From: a virus
Taxonomy: Duplodnaviria > Caudoviricetes
DNA length: 40,867 nucleotides
Direction: 5' to 3' (one strand)
Virus record (IMG/VR): IMGVR_UViG_3300029156_000006
Coordinates: 1-40,867 of that record
Part shown: piece by piece, positions 1-9,388 of the stretch
Position numbering within the stretch: position 1 is the stretch's first letter
Layout of the letters: each line of letters starts with the position of its first letter
Translations under genes and position numbers: made by a program
Notes under the pieces: model-generated
What the model was told of the DNA's origin: nothing
Databases searched by the model: none
The model's input: only the letters and a program-made list of their open reading frames with translations

Positions 1-63
1 GTTTCCCAGTCACGATCTGGTTTGGCTGGATATCAACCCTGAGAACTAACTTTCCCTTTCCAT

Positions 64-594
64 GTGGCTAGATACGCAAAAATCATCGACGAGATCGCAG
101 CCGATCAGGACGTTAGTCGGCAGACGGTTGCCGAATGGAAGCGCCGCCCAGACTTTCCCGCAAAAACCAAAACACGCGGTTGGTGGAATCTCGACCGCAT
201 TGGCGAATGGTGTAAGAAAAATTGCGTTGGCAAGTATCGCCAGGGCAATGAACCCCGCATCAAAGAGTCCGACGAAAACAGAACACTCGCTGAGGCCAAC
301 CGCAAGCTGCGTTGGGAGCAGCGAGAAACAGAACGACTCAAAAAAGAGAAGCTGCTTATTGAACAAGCCAAGGAACTTGGAGAGTTGGTTGAGATTGGTG
401 CAGTACGCAAGATGTACTTGGAAACAGTTGCAACGGTATCAGCGGTACACGATTCCCTTTCTGATGCAGTTGATCGTGCTTTGCCAGAAAAGCCCCCGTC
501 TAGTGATGCGTGGCCGGAAATACGCGAACGGGTTCTTGGCTTGTGCCAAAAGCTGGCAACGGACGCCGCTTCCGCGATGAAGGAATTAGATTGA
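64..594 (+). CDS. terS: Terminase small subunit (Nu1-like)
   Basis: N-terminal HTH-like segment (IAADQDVSRQTVAEWKRR), central coiled coil, GELV motif; TGA stop overlaps the terL start (TTGA). Confidence 0.85.
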   Translation: MARYAKIIDEIAADQDVSRQTVAEWKRRPDFPAKTKTRGWWNLDRIGEWCKKNCVGKYRQGNEPRIKESDENRTLAEANRKLRWEQRETERLKKEKLLIEQAKELGELVEIGAVRKMYLETVATVSAVHDSLSDAVDRALPEKPPSSDAWPEIRERVLGLCQKLATDAASAMKELD

Positions 595-2699
595 TAGCAC
601 TTCCCGAAATAGCGTTGAATCGCTCTGCTGAGAATTACCGAGATTTGCGTTCGGAGTTATTCTCATCATGGGAGCCGATCGAAGAACCCCCGATATGCGA
701 TTGGATCGAAACCAATCTGCGCTTTGGACGAGGCGATAGCGGCAAGCAGCTTGAGAGTCGCATAGGGCCGTTCACATACGAAGATTCGCCTTGGTGGAGA
801 TTCCCATTAGAGTGCGCTGCAGAAAAACGCTGCAACTCTATAGCAATTCCTGCGGCTACCCAGACGCACAAGACATCTAACCTTTTGATTGCTGTGCCTT
901 TGTTCTTTGCGGAGTTCCGACCTGCCCCCGGCATGATCGTTGTGCCTGACGAGCTAGAAGCAAAGAAGATACGCGACCGTATTTATTCGGTAGTGCAAGA
1001 ATCACAGAAGTTCGCCGATTTTCACCGAATTCGCATTCCGCCCAAGCATAAGTGGAATCTTCAAGAGATCGACTTAGGCTCGATGGTTATACACTTGGCG
1101 TGGGCCGGTTCTCGACAAAGAACGCGTGGCAAGCCGTGTTACTACGTTTGGTTTACAGAAGTGGATGTCTACCGCGATGCCGACACGAAGGCGGGTGATG
1201 CAGTCGAAGCGGGCAAGCAACGCACAAAAGACGTGTTCCGCTACAAGCATATGTTCGAGTCGTCGCCTAGCGAAGCTCCTTCGACTGTATGCGAAGAAGA
1301 GTCGCTGGCTGACGACCGTTGGCGTTGGTACATTACCTGCCCATGTTGTGGATTAAAGCAAGAAGCAAGGTTCTTCACGCACAAAAAAGGGAAGCACGCC
1401 AACAAGGGTGGCATTGAGCTTACTGTCAAAGCGAAAGGTGGTGATGGTGCTTCGTTGATGTCGCCGCTGCAAGCACGTGACAATGCTTTTTATGTCTGCC
1501 TCAATGGTTGCAAAATAGAGAACGACCGCAAGCAGCAAGTAATCGAATCTGGCCAGTGGTATCCACGCGGCTGGAAGATGGGCGATCCGGAGCCGACGCG
1601 AGTGCCGGCCAAGAATGTAGGATTTCATCTTTGGGCCATTCACTCACCTAACGAAACATTTGGCAGTATCGCCGAAGATTACTTGCGCCACCTAAAGAAG
1701 GGCCGCAAGGTCGACTTCTACGGCAACCGACTTGCGATTGCTTATGAGGCAGAATCGAGAGTTCCCAACTGGATCGAATTAGGCAGGCGATCGGCCTGGA
1801 CACACGCACGCCGAACAGTTCCCGATGAGGCATGGTTTCTCACGGCAGGTATCGACAAGCAGGGCGAAAACAACGGTTCACGCTACGTAATTCGAGGATG
1901 GGCACCGGGCCGCACGTCTTGGCTTGTGGATTGGGGGTGGGTAACACGCGATCCGTCAGACACCGGAGCTATTCTCGGCGACTTATTGGAGGTGCAGCGA
2001 CGAGTTTTGGTGTCCGATTTCCCGATAGTGAACCGAGACAACGAACCGTCAGTCAATCCACTTGGGCATCAGCGGCTGCGTTCCCGTTTATCCAATATCG
2101 ACACCAAGCATTTGCCCATGCAAATACACCGTTGGATGCGACAACTGCCAGAGGAATGGTTAGATCGTTTAATAGGCAAGAACCTCATCCCCGGTCGAGT
2201 GCGTAACATCCACGGCGACCACAAAGTGCGTCCCGATGTGCGATTTCGTAGGAATCTTGTCGAATCTAATTCGCGCACTGGCGAGAAGTACGAAGGCGGC
2301 CTGCATCTGTGGGGAATCTGCGTTTACCCCTACTACTCCGAAATGCTCGACTTCCTCAGTGGAGAACCAGGACAGATTGGCAGTTGGTATGTGACCGCAG
2401 ATTGCTTGTCGCAAGGGCGTGAGTACCTAGAGCAAGTCACCAACTTTCACTACGCGATTACGCACGACCATCGCAAGGGCAAGATTGGAAAATGGGGGCC
2501 GCGTTCAGGCCGTATCCCTGTCGACTTCTGGGATTGCGAGATCTATGCCATGGCTGCTGCTGAAATGGTAGTCGGCAACTTGGGGTGGGAGGCATCTGCG
2601 TGGGAACAGTGGCGAAAAAATGTAGTCAGAAAACAGCAGGAGAAGCAAGAGAAACCGAAGCGTATCGCGCAGGACTTCGACGAAGTTGGCGCGAGGTAA
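591..2699 (+). CDS. terL: Terminase large subunit, lambda gpA family
   Basis: Walker A-like AATQTHKT, Walker B-like WFTEVD, SSP coupling motif, CPCC/CxxGC Zn site, nuclease motifs LTAGIDKQ and DFWDCEIYA; TTG start at 591 after AGGA preferred over 510. Confidence 0.92.
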   Translation: MIALPEIALNRSAENYRDLRSELFSSWEPIEEPPICDWIETNLRFGRGDSGKQLESRIGPFTYEDSPWWRFPLECAAEKRCNSIAIPAATQTHKTSNLLIAVPLFFAEFRPAPGMIVVPDELEAKKIRDRIYSVVQESQKFADFHRIRIPPKHKWNLQEIDLGSMVIHLAWAGSRQRTRGKPCYYVWFTEVDVYRDADTKAGDAVEAGKQRTKDVFRYKHMFESSPSEAPSTVCEEESLADDRWRWYITCPCCGLKQEARFFTHKKGKHANKGGIELTVKAKGGDGASLMSPLQARDNAFYVCLNGCKIENDRKQQVIESGQWYPRGWKMGDPEPTRVPAKNVGFHLWAIHSPNETFGSIAEDYLRHLKKGRKVDFYGNRLAIAYEAESRVPNWIELGRRSAWTHARRTVPDEAWFLTAGIDKQGENNGSRYVIRGWAPGRTSWLVDWGWVTRDPSDTGAILGDLLEVQRRVLVSDFPIVNRDNEPSVNPLGHQRLRSRLSNIDTKHLPMQIHRWMRQLPEEWLDRLIGKNLIPGRVRNIHGDHKVRPDVRFRRNLVESNSRTGEKYEGGLHLWGICVYPYYSEMLDFLSGEPGQIGSWYVTADCLSQGREYLEQVTNFHYAITHDHRKGKIGKWGPRSGRIPVDFWDCEIYAMAAAEMVVGNLGWEASAWEQWRKNVVRKQQEKQEKPKRIAQDFDEVGAR

Positions 2700-2728
2700 T
2701 ACCCATCTTTTTTTGAGCGGAGATAATT

Positions 2729-3205
2729 ATGCCAGACACAGAACCTATGGCCCTAGAAACAGGCCAATCCGAAACCCCAGCCACTGAGCCTATGAGTCTC
2801 GACGATAGTGTTGTCGAGACTGATAGCACCCCGGCTAAGGATGTAGACGGCATACCCTACTGCCGCGCGCATCATTGTCGCATGAAGCAGAAGAGCGGGG
2901 GCAAGAAGGGTTCGCGCACTGCTTATTATTCTTGTCCCGTTCCAGGGTGCGGAGAGAAGTCGCAGATGATTAAAACTAAACACCCCGGCGTGGTGCCACC
3001 ACAACCTCTTGTGTGTGCAAGATGCAGCGACAAGAAAAAGAAGGTGTACTGCGAACGCGACAAAGACTGCTCGACTGCAGCGGCAGTAATTCTCCGTTGC
3101 CCTAGTTGTGGCTGGAAGTCGAACACAATGGCTGTTCCACAGCTGGCCGCTGCGCACTTTTCGCGACAGTCGACCATGCTTGTTTCTGGGGTGGGCGACA
3201 GGTAG
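2729..3205 (+). CDS. Multi-zinc-ribbon protein, possible Ogr/Delta-like late regulator
   Basis: GGAG RBS; 10 Cys in five pairs (CRAHHC, CPVPGC, CARC, CERDKDC, CPSC); YYSCPVPGCG resembles the Ogr Zn knuckle. Confidence 0.55.
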   Translation: MPDTEPMALETGQSETPATEPMSLDDSVVETDSTPAKDVDGIPYCRAHHCRMKQKSGGKKGSRTAYYSCPVPGCGEKSQMIKTKHPGVVPPQPLVCARCSDKKKKVYCERDKDCSTAAAVILRCPSCGWKSNTMAVPQLAAAHFSRQSTMLVSGVGDR

Positions 3206-3273
3206 TTTACAGATACGCAACCTTAATTGCAGCACGCTCCGCAATGTGGAGTATATTGCATAAATGCGAAGTG

Positions 3274-3299
3274 CTTGGAAAACGTTAACGTTTTCCAAG
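3274..3299. repeat. Perfect 26-bp palindrome CTTGGAAAACGTTAACGTTTTCCAAG
   Basis: Self-reverse-complementary by direct reading; intergenic. Confidence 0.95.
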
Positions 3300-3340
3300 A
3301 AAAAATGGACAGAACTAAGTTGTGTCCAAAAAACCAAGGA

Positions 3341-3457
3341 GCCGCGTTACCGCGCGGCCACGGCGAGGCAGGGCCGGCCAGCCCTCCGAGATGCCGTAAA
3401 TCATCGAGCCATTACGGGGTTCGCGTGAAAGCGCGTGCTCCGTTTTTTTATTGCTCG
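3341..3457 (+). promoter_or_regulatory. Structured leader/attenuator of the head operon
   Basis: Hairpins GCCGCG/CGCGGC (3341-3358) and ACGGC..AGGGC-CGGCCA-GCCCT..GCCGT (3360-3397), then a GAAA-loop stem with a U-run. Confidence 0.55.
3414..3449 (+). terminator. Intrinsic terminator-like hairpin
   Basis: ACGGGGTTCGCGT-GAAA-GCGCGTGCTCCGT followed by a T run, 10 nt before the next ATG. Confidence 0.65.
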
Positions 3458-3459
3458 AT

Positions 3460-3672
3460 ATGCCAGCAACCGATCAACAGATTGCCGACAAAGCCCGCGA
3501 CTCTCTTGCGCGCATTCTCGACACTGATTCTACAGCTTGGTCGGAAGGCGAGCGCCGCCAGCAGCAGCTTGAGATAGATCGCCTGGAAAACATTATTACG
3601 AAGTTTGAAGCCAAGGCCGCACGATCTTCGGGCCGTAAGATATTCTCCCCGATTGTAAAGGTGAATGTCTGA
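3460..3672 (+). CDS. Head-to-tail joining protein (gpW-like)
   Basis: 70 aa immediately before the portal; helix-hairpin-helix pattern; TGATG coupling to the portal. Confidence 0.65.
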   Translation: MPATDQQIADKARDSLARILDTDSTAWSEGERRQQQLEIDRLENIITKFEAKAARSSGRKIFSPIVKVNV

Positions 3673-5357
3673 TGCTCGGCTGGCTCAAAAATATGGTAGC
3701 AAGCGAACGACCGGCGCCCGGTTCAACGCAGCACGCCAACCAACTTTTATCACAAGCCTTCGAAGCTTACCGACTCGCACGCCGCGATCGACCGCGCGAA
3801 CACAATCAGCCCCACGCCTACAGCGGCGATGCGGCAATCATGGGTTCGCACGACTTAATGAATCGGCGTACGCGAGACTTGGTGCGCAATACAGCCCAAG
3901 GCAAGCGGATTATTTCTGCCATCGTCGATTTGGTAGTAGGCACGGGCATGCAAACCTACTCTTGGCCGTTTGCGCCTTCTGAGTTGTTTGAGATTTCTAC
4001 AGAGTTGGAATCCCTAGCAGCAGGAGAGCTTGGCCCGCGACTTACCTACGCACTCGAATCGGACGACTTGTTCGAGGAATGGTCAAGCGACCCCAAGCAA
4101 TTCGATGTAGAGGGCCGTTTGTCGTGGGCGGACATCCAGAGAATGCTGATGCAAGAATCAGCTCTCGTGGGTGACGGTTTTTTAGTGCGTTCGTTCGTGA
4201 AGGATTACGAATTAGTTCCATTGGCCTATCAGATCGTTGAGCGCGAACAGCTAGATCACACCCAAGACCGGCCAGCGTCTGAAGATAAAAACAAAATCAT
4301 AGGTGGCCGCGAGTTCGACTCCAACAATCGAATCGTTGCTTATCACTTCTATCTCGACCACCCGCACGAATTTTTTGGCATTAGCCAGTCTTCGCTAATG
4401 GGTTCTGGCGCTCCTGTGGATAGCTCTGGTAGGGGTCGCAGGATTCTCGCAGATCGTGTCATCGACTTGACGCTGTTTCACCGCCCTTCCGCTTCCATGG
4501 GTGTGTCGTGGCTCGATGCCTGCGGCCAAACCACTTGGGATCGTGATTCCTACATGGAGAGTGAGATACGCTCTGCGGCAATCGACGCCGTTTTCACATT
4601 TGTCGCCCACTTGCAAGATGCTGAAAAGCATGGCGATGGACTGGGTTTTGATGACGGAGAAACAGATAGCGACGAATTCGGAAACCGTCAATTCAAGGTG
4701 GGCCATTCGCCGGTGGCTTCTGTCATGGGGACGGAAGAGAGTTTGGAAATGGTGCGTCAGACCCGCCCCAACAAAGACGCGCCAGCATTTATCAAGCTGC
4801 TAGACCGCGACATTGCAGCTAGCACTTCGCTTTCTTACTACAGCGTGACAGGCGATTACGAAGGCACTAACTTCTCATCCTCACGCGCAGCCAAGCTCGA
4901 CGAAGATTTGCACATCAAACCTCTGCAAAATTGGTTTGCCTGCCACGTCGCCATGCGAGTCCGTAAGGATTTCAATGCAATGGCTGCTGCAAGTGGCTTA
5001 TTCAAGTCTCTTGCACCCGCAGAGTTTCGGCGTAATCAGCGGACCTACCAGCGTTTTGATGCTATCGGGAACGGACGCGATTTACTCGACCCCTTCAAGG
5101 AAGGCGAGGCCCGCACGACACGCCTCCGCACACGTATCAGTACGTTCAAAGAAGAGTGCGCACGTGTCAACAAACATTGGCTACGAGTTCTGATGCAACA
5201 CGCTGTTGAGGATCGTGTATCAAATCTATTTGGTGTCACCCTAGATTTCAGCAAGAGCGGTAGCGGCAGTTCAGAAAACAAAACACAAACAGATTCCGCA
5301 GAAGATCAAGCGGAAAAAATAGCCAGCCACCTATCGATGATATTGGAGAGCGAGTAA
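3672..5357 (+). CDS. Portal protein, lambda family
   Basis: RTRDLVRN, VVGTG, FDVEGR, VAYHF and TGDYEGTNFSSSRA motifs; size and position. Confidence 0.92.
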   Translation: MLGWLKNMVASERPAPGSTQHANQLLSQAFEAYRLARRDRPREHNQPHAYSGDAAIMGSHDLMNRRTRDLVRNTAQGKRIISAIVDLVVGTGMQTYSWPFAPSELFEISTELESLAAGELGPRLTYALESDDLFEEWSSDPKQFDVEGRLSWADIQRMLMQESALVGDGFLVRSFVKDYELVPLAYQIVEREQLDHTQDRPASEDKNKIIGGREFDSNNRIVAYHFYLDHPHEFFGISQSSLMGSGAPVDSSGRGRRILADRVIDLTLFHRPSASMGVSWLDACGQTTWDRDSYMESEIRSAAIDAVFTFVAHLQDAEKHGDGLGFDDGETDSDEFGNRQFKVGHSPVASVMGTEESLEMVRQTRPNKDAPAFIKLLDRDIAASTSLSYYSVTGDYEGTNFSSSRAAKLDEDLHIKPLQNWFACHVAMRVRKDFNAMAAASGLFKSLAPAEFRRNQRTYQRFDAIGNGRDLLDPFKEGEARTTRLRTRISTFKEECARVNKHWLRVLMQHAVEDRVSNLFGVTLDFSKSGSGSSENKTQTDSAEDQAEKIASHLSMILESE

Positions 5358-5596
5358 TGAAGGAAACACATGTCCTAAAAACCGGAGACGAATTAGTCGT
5401 CAACGCAAAATCCACCGTCACTATTACCAAATGTGGAATGCACAGCGAAGGTGGCGGCATCCCAGCCCCGACAGTCACTGTCGAAGTTAGCGACGAAACC
5501 AAGCCCGCCCTCCAGACCGTCGTTGAGGATGCGGTTGAGCCAGCTGAAGAAGCGGTTGATCCGCAAGACATACCTGCTGTTGAAGAGAACTCATGA
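5357..5596 (+). CDS. Hypothetical protein, acidic C-terminus
   Basis: TAATG and ATGA coupling on both sides; GGAG RBS. Confidence 0.6.
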   Translation: MKETHVLKTGDELVVNAKSTVTITKCGMHSEGGGIPAPTVTVEVSDETKPALQTVVEDAVEPAEEAVDPQDIPAVEENS

Positions 5597-8229
5597 GCAA
5601 GCAAGCAAAACGCCGGAAAATTGCCAAGCTCCGTGCAGAAATGTACGCCGCACCGTGGGCTATCGACGCGCGTGCGCTGGGCGGACTTGAGGAAGCCATC
5701 GAAGCTGGCGACCTAGAATCAATACGTGCGTCGTTGTCACTAGGTAGTGACAGTGAAACGACCACGCGCATTGTGGACGGCATCGCCATCATTCCGATTA
5801 CGGGAGTCTTGCGTGATGCGGTCGATTATATGGTGCGATGGGGCGGTGCATCGTCCTACCAGTTGATAGAAAAAGGGTTCAACCAAGCGATGGAAAACGC
5901 CCAAGTCAAGGGTGTGCTGTTCTATTGCGATACTCCGGGTGGCTCTGCCATTGGTTGCAAGCGAGTTGCCGACCGTGTCCACGAATCTCGTGGAGACAAG
6001 CCTATTCGTGCTTATGTGCAAGGCATGTGCGGCTCAGCAGGTTTCTACATCGCATCTGCCTGCGATCGCATCGAGTCAACAGCTGACTCGTTAGTTGCCA
6101 GTATTGGCACCATTTACCCACACCAAGAGTACAGCGGGATGCTGAAAGAGTTTGGCGTGGGTGCAAAAGTATTCACGAACAAAGACTCACCCAAAAAGGG
6201 CCACGGCAACATCTACGAGCCGTTGACCGAGCAAGCCCAAGAAACCATCCAGCAATTTGTTGAGTCCTATGGCCAGTCGTTCATTAACGACGTGGCGCGT
6301 TATCGAGGCATCAAGCCAGAGGAAGTTGTGGCCAAATACGGCCAAGGCGATTCGATGCGTGCTGATGTGGCAGTTAGCAAGGGCGTAATCGATGCCGTTG
6401 TATCCAATTTTGAAGATTCCATGGAATCCATGAGAAACACCGTGGGCGGCGACCCAAATGTTAAGTCGTCGTCTACACCCGTCGTTTCAAGTACCTCAGT
6501 AAGGAGAAGTAAGATGAACGAGCGAATCAAAGCTCAGTTGTTTGCGTTGGGTCTGATTGATTCGCTCGACGCACCGGATGCCGTTTGCCAATCAGCGCTA
6601 AACGCATGGTTTGCGTCTCGCGGCGACAACCTTCCAAGCGACGAATCGCAGATCCTCGCTTCCCTCCAAAAGCTACGCGCTCAAGATGACGCGCCCGATG
6701 ATGAGGACGAAGAGGAAGAATCCGGCGACGAAGAAAAGGAAGCCGGCGACAAGGCCGCTACCCCAACGGCCAATAACGTGCAGCGTGCTCACGAAAGCGA
6801 GCAATCCGAAGCCCGTTTAGAGGCGCTGAAGTCCTCAGCAGCCTTAATCAACGGGATTACCGGCGAGACGTCTATCAGTGCAGAAATGGTACTGGAGGCT
6901 CACGAAAAGAAGCTCGACGCGAAAGGTGCGACCAAGATGTGGAACGAAAAACTAGCGGGCGACGAATCTCCACTACCTACCGCGCGCGTTAAGGGTGAAG
7001 GCGCAGACCGCTTCGCTAATGACGTTGTAGACGCGATGATCTATCGCGCCAGCAGCAACCCCACGATGGAGATTTCCGATGGGGCTTCCAATCTCGTCAA
7101 CCTTCCCTTGTGGGCTGTTGCAGGTAAGTGCTTGGAGCAGTCGGGCGTTAAGGTCGACATGTTTGGCGACAAAGAGTACATCGCCGAGATGGCTATGCAG
7201 ATGGGAACGCCCGGTGCACGACACACGTTCTTTTCTGAAAAAGAAGGCCGCCAGTACATCCAGGCATCCGGTACGCCGAATGCACGACCCGGCGACTTTC
7301 CGAATATCCTTTCCAGCTTGTCGAATAAGTTTCTCGACACGATCGGACTCGACGACGACTACAGCTATCAGCAAGTTTCGGCGCTACTCCCTGGTGGATT
7401 ATCCGACTTTAAGCCTGCCATGATGGTAAACAAAGGTATTGTCGAGGAACTTGACGAGCTGGAAGACGCCGAGCAGTTCAAGGATATCGGCCTCAGCGAG
7501 GAGGTACTCTCCTACATCTTCCTGCGACGTTTCGGTAACAAGTGGGGCTGGACTCCCGTGATGGTCGCCAACGACGACATGGGTGCGTTCGTGGAAGGCA
7601 TGTTGGGCCTAGAAGAGGCTTGGCAGGTTACACAAAACCGACTCGTCACCGACCGATTTACGTCGAACGAAAACTTGCTTGACGGAAACCCGCTGTTTGC
7701 TAATCGTGCGGATACTGGAGTAGGTGCCAACCCAGCCACCAACGACAACGACGTTACGTCTGGAGCAGCTCCTAGTGATGCTCAATGGGCAGCCATGGAG
7801 ACTAAGTACGCTGATATCGGCGGTATCGCAACAGGCCGACGCGTGCGTGGTTCACTCAATACGTGCTTCACCCCAACGGGCACCAATGCCCAAGAAGCAC
7901 GCCGAACATTCCTGCCACTTAATTCGGGCGGCATGGAAATGAAGGTTGCGAATACCACGCAAAACATCGGTCTCTATCGCGGTGAAGTGCAGGTAATTCC
8001 AGAAAGCGAATTGCGCGTTGCTTCCTCGAATGTTTGGTACGGCCTACGAAATCCTACGCGGCTAAATACGGCTACTGTTGTCCGTGGTTATTTCAATGGC
8101 TTCGGCACCGCAGGTCGCCGTGAGCGTTGGTACGACCCACAAACAAAGACGACCTACGTATCGATCGAAGGCCGTATTGCCGTCGCTGTCAAAAACTGGA
8201 GGTACGCAGTACGCAACGCTGGCGCTTAA
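5593..8229 (+). CDS. Fused S49 prohead protease - scaffold - major capsid protein
   Basis: DTPGG, CGSAGFYIASAC and ASIG S49 motifs; acidic linker; C-terminal capsid region (DFPNIL, LSDFK, MVANDDMGAF, NWRYAVRN). Confidence 0.88.
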   Translation: MSKQAKRRKIAKLRAEMYAAPWAIDARALGGLEEAIEAGDLESIRASLSLGSDSETTTRIVDGIAIIPITGVLRDAVDYMVRWGGASSYQLIEKGFNQAMENAQVKGVLFYCDTPGGSAIGCKRVADRVHESRGDKPIRAYVQGMCGSAGFYIASACDRIESTADSLVASIGTIYPHQEYSGMLKEFGVGAKVFTNKDSPKKGHGNIYEPLTEQAQETIQQFVESYGQSFINDVARYRGIKPEEVVAKYGQGDSMRADVAVSKGVIDAVVSNFEDSMESMRNTVGGDPNVKSSSTPVVSSTSVRRSKMNERIKAQLFALGLIDSLDAPDAVCQSALNAWFASRGDNLPSDESQILASLQKLRAQDDAPDDEDEEEESGDEEKEAGDKAATPTANNVQRAHESEQSEARLEALKSSAALINGITGETSISAEMVLEAHEKKLDAKGATKMWNEKLAGDESPLPTARVKGEGADRFANDVVDAMIYRASSNPTMEISDGASNLVNLPLWAVAGKCLEQSGVKVDMFGDKEYIAEMAMQMGTPGARHTFFSEKEGRQYIQASGTPNARPGDFPNILSSLSNKFLDTIGLDDDYSYQQVSALLPGGLSDFKPAMMVNKGIVEELDELEDAEQFKDIGLSEEVLSYIFLRRFGNKWGWTPVMVANDDMGAFVEGMLGLEEAWQVTQNRLVTDRFTSNENLLDGNPLFANRADTGVGANPATNDNDVTSGAAPSDAQWAAMETKYADIGGIATGRRVRGSLNTCFTPTGTNAQEARRTFLPLNSGGMEMKVANTTQNIGLYRGEVQVIPESELRVASSNVWYGLRNPTRLNTATVVRGYFNGFGTAGRRERWYDPQTKTTYVSIEGRIAVAVKNWRYAVRNAGA

Positions 8230-8298
8230 GTCATCCTCGCGTTCTGATTTTTCAACGCCTGTATTGCAGGTGCAACAGTCCTTGATAAGGGAAAAACA

Positions 8299-9015
8299 AT
8301 GTCACAACAAACTAGAAAGTACCGCTACGATTTTCGCGGTCATCACTTAATCCCAGCCACCGCCAGTGGCGCGGGTACGCCTTTCGTTAAGGCGGATACA
8401 TCTTCCGCAGGTAGCCCTACCATGCAGGGACTGACTGGTGGCGGTTTGCGTATGCAGTTGGCTAGCACCAATGAGGTGGAAAACCTTTGCCTGTACATGG
8501 GTGATGTGTTGCCGTTTGATATCGACGAGATTATCTCGTTCGAGGTCATCGCTAAAACAGTTGCCTCGCTCGACTCCGCAACGCAAATTGCGTTTGGTCT
8601 TGCAGCTGCTCGCAATGACGCCATCGATTCGCTTTCTGCTGCCGCCCTGTTTCGCTGCGTTGGTGATAATAACGTGGTGGTCGAAACCGACGATGGCACC
8701 AACGACAACGATGATGTCGCTACGGGACTTACGTTGGGAGCGACTTGGAAGCGGTTCGGTATGGAGTTCGCTTCTCGCAATACCACGATGGAGCCACCTT
8801 CGGTTTCGTTGGGCCGCAAGTCGAACATCGAGTTCTACGGCGCCAACGACCATGGCTCTAAGCGTCGTGTTGCCAGCGGAACACGGTTTGATATGAGCAA
8901 CTATGCAGGTGGTTTGCAGTTGTTTGCTCAGCTTCAGAAAACCGCCGACACCAATACCGACAGCCTGGACATCTTGGAGTTTTGCGTCGAGGTAAACCTG
9001 CCTAACTACGCATAA
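8299..9015 (+). CDS. Virion structural protein (possible head decoration)
   Basis: Directly after the capsid gene; beta-rich, Gly/Thr/Asp-rich. Confidence 0.55.
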   Translation: MSQQTRKYRYDFRGHHLIPATASGAGTPFVKADTSSAGSPTMQGLTGGGLRMQLASTNEVENLCLYMGDVLPFDIDEIISFEVIAKTVASLDSATQIAFGLAAARNDAIDSLSAAALFRCVGDNNVVVETDDGTNDNDDVATGLTLGATWKRFGMEFASRNTTMEPPSVSLGRKSNIEFYGANDHGSKRRVASGTRFDMSNYAGGLQLFAQLQKTADTNTDSLDILEFCVEVNLPNYA

Positions 9016-9019
9016 CGCT

Positions 9020-9388
9020 ATGGGATTTCAGGAGAGTTTTGAAACCAGGGTCAGATCGGCTGCCGACCGTGCATTTGGCGTATCCGCCACGCTATCGCAC
9101 GGCGGCAGCACGACCGATTCGTTTACCGTCGAGTGGGAGGACCAAAAATACGATGTCATGGACGCCGAAGGGTTCCTTACCCAGGTCCATTCGCGTGACT
9201 TTATGTTTGCCGTAACGGCAGCCAATATCTCCAGTGTAGCTTTCGAGCCGCGCCCGGGTGATGTGCTTGCAGTTACAGAAAACGGAGTCGCCAAGAAGTT
9301 TGAGTTGTTGCCTGTTGGAAGTATGCCCGCCATCCAGCTAATGCCCGGTGGCTACCGCTGGAAAGTACACACTAAACGAGTTGATTGA
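9020..9388 (+). CDS. Head closure/adaptor protein (gpFII-like)
   Basis: RDF..EPRPGD..WKVHTK pattern; synteny. Confidence 0.6.
   Translation: MGFQESFETRVRSAADRAFGVSATLSHGGSTTDSFTVEWEDQKYDVMDAEGFLTQVHSRDFMFAVTAANISSVAFEPRPGDVLAVTENGVAKKFELLPVGSMPAIQLMPGGYRWKVHTKRVD

Noticed and set aside
1-63. cos site upstream of terS
   Set aside because: Expected for a gpA-type terminase, but only 63 bp are visible and no cosN dyad or R repeats can be identified
62-580. 172-aa ORF overlapping terS, and the long antisense ORFs across structural genes
   Set aside because: No RBS or recognisable motifs; typical shadow frames of GC-rich coding sequence
3227-3577. 116-aa ORF across the regulatory gap
   Set aside because: Runs through palindromes and a terminator and overlaps the gpW-like gene out of frame
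5357-5596. CsrA-like protein
   Set aside because: Only a loose N-terminal resemblance; lacks the G..AP...V.R.E motif
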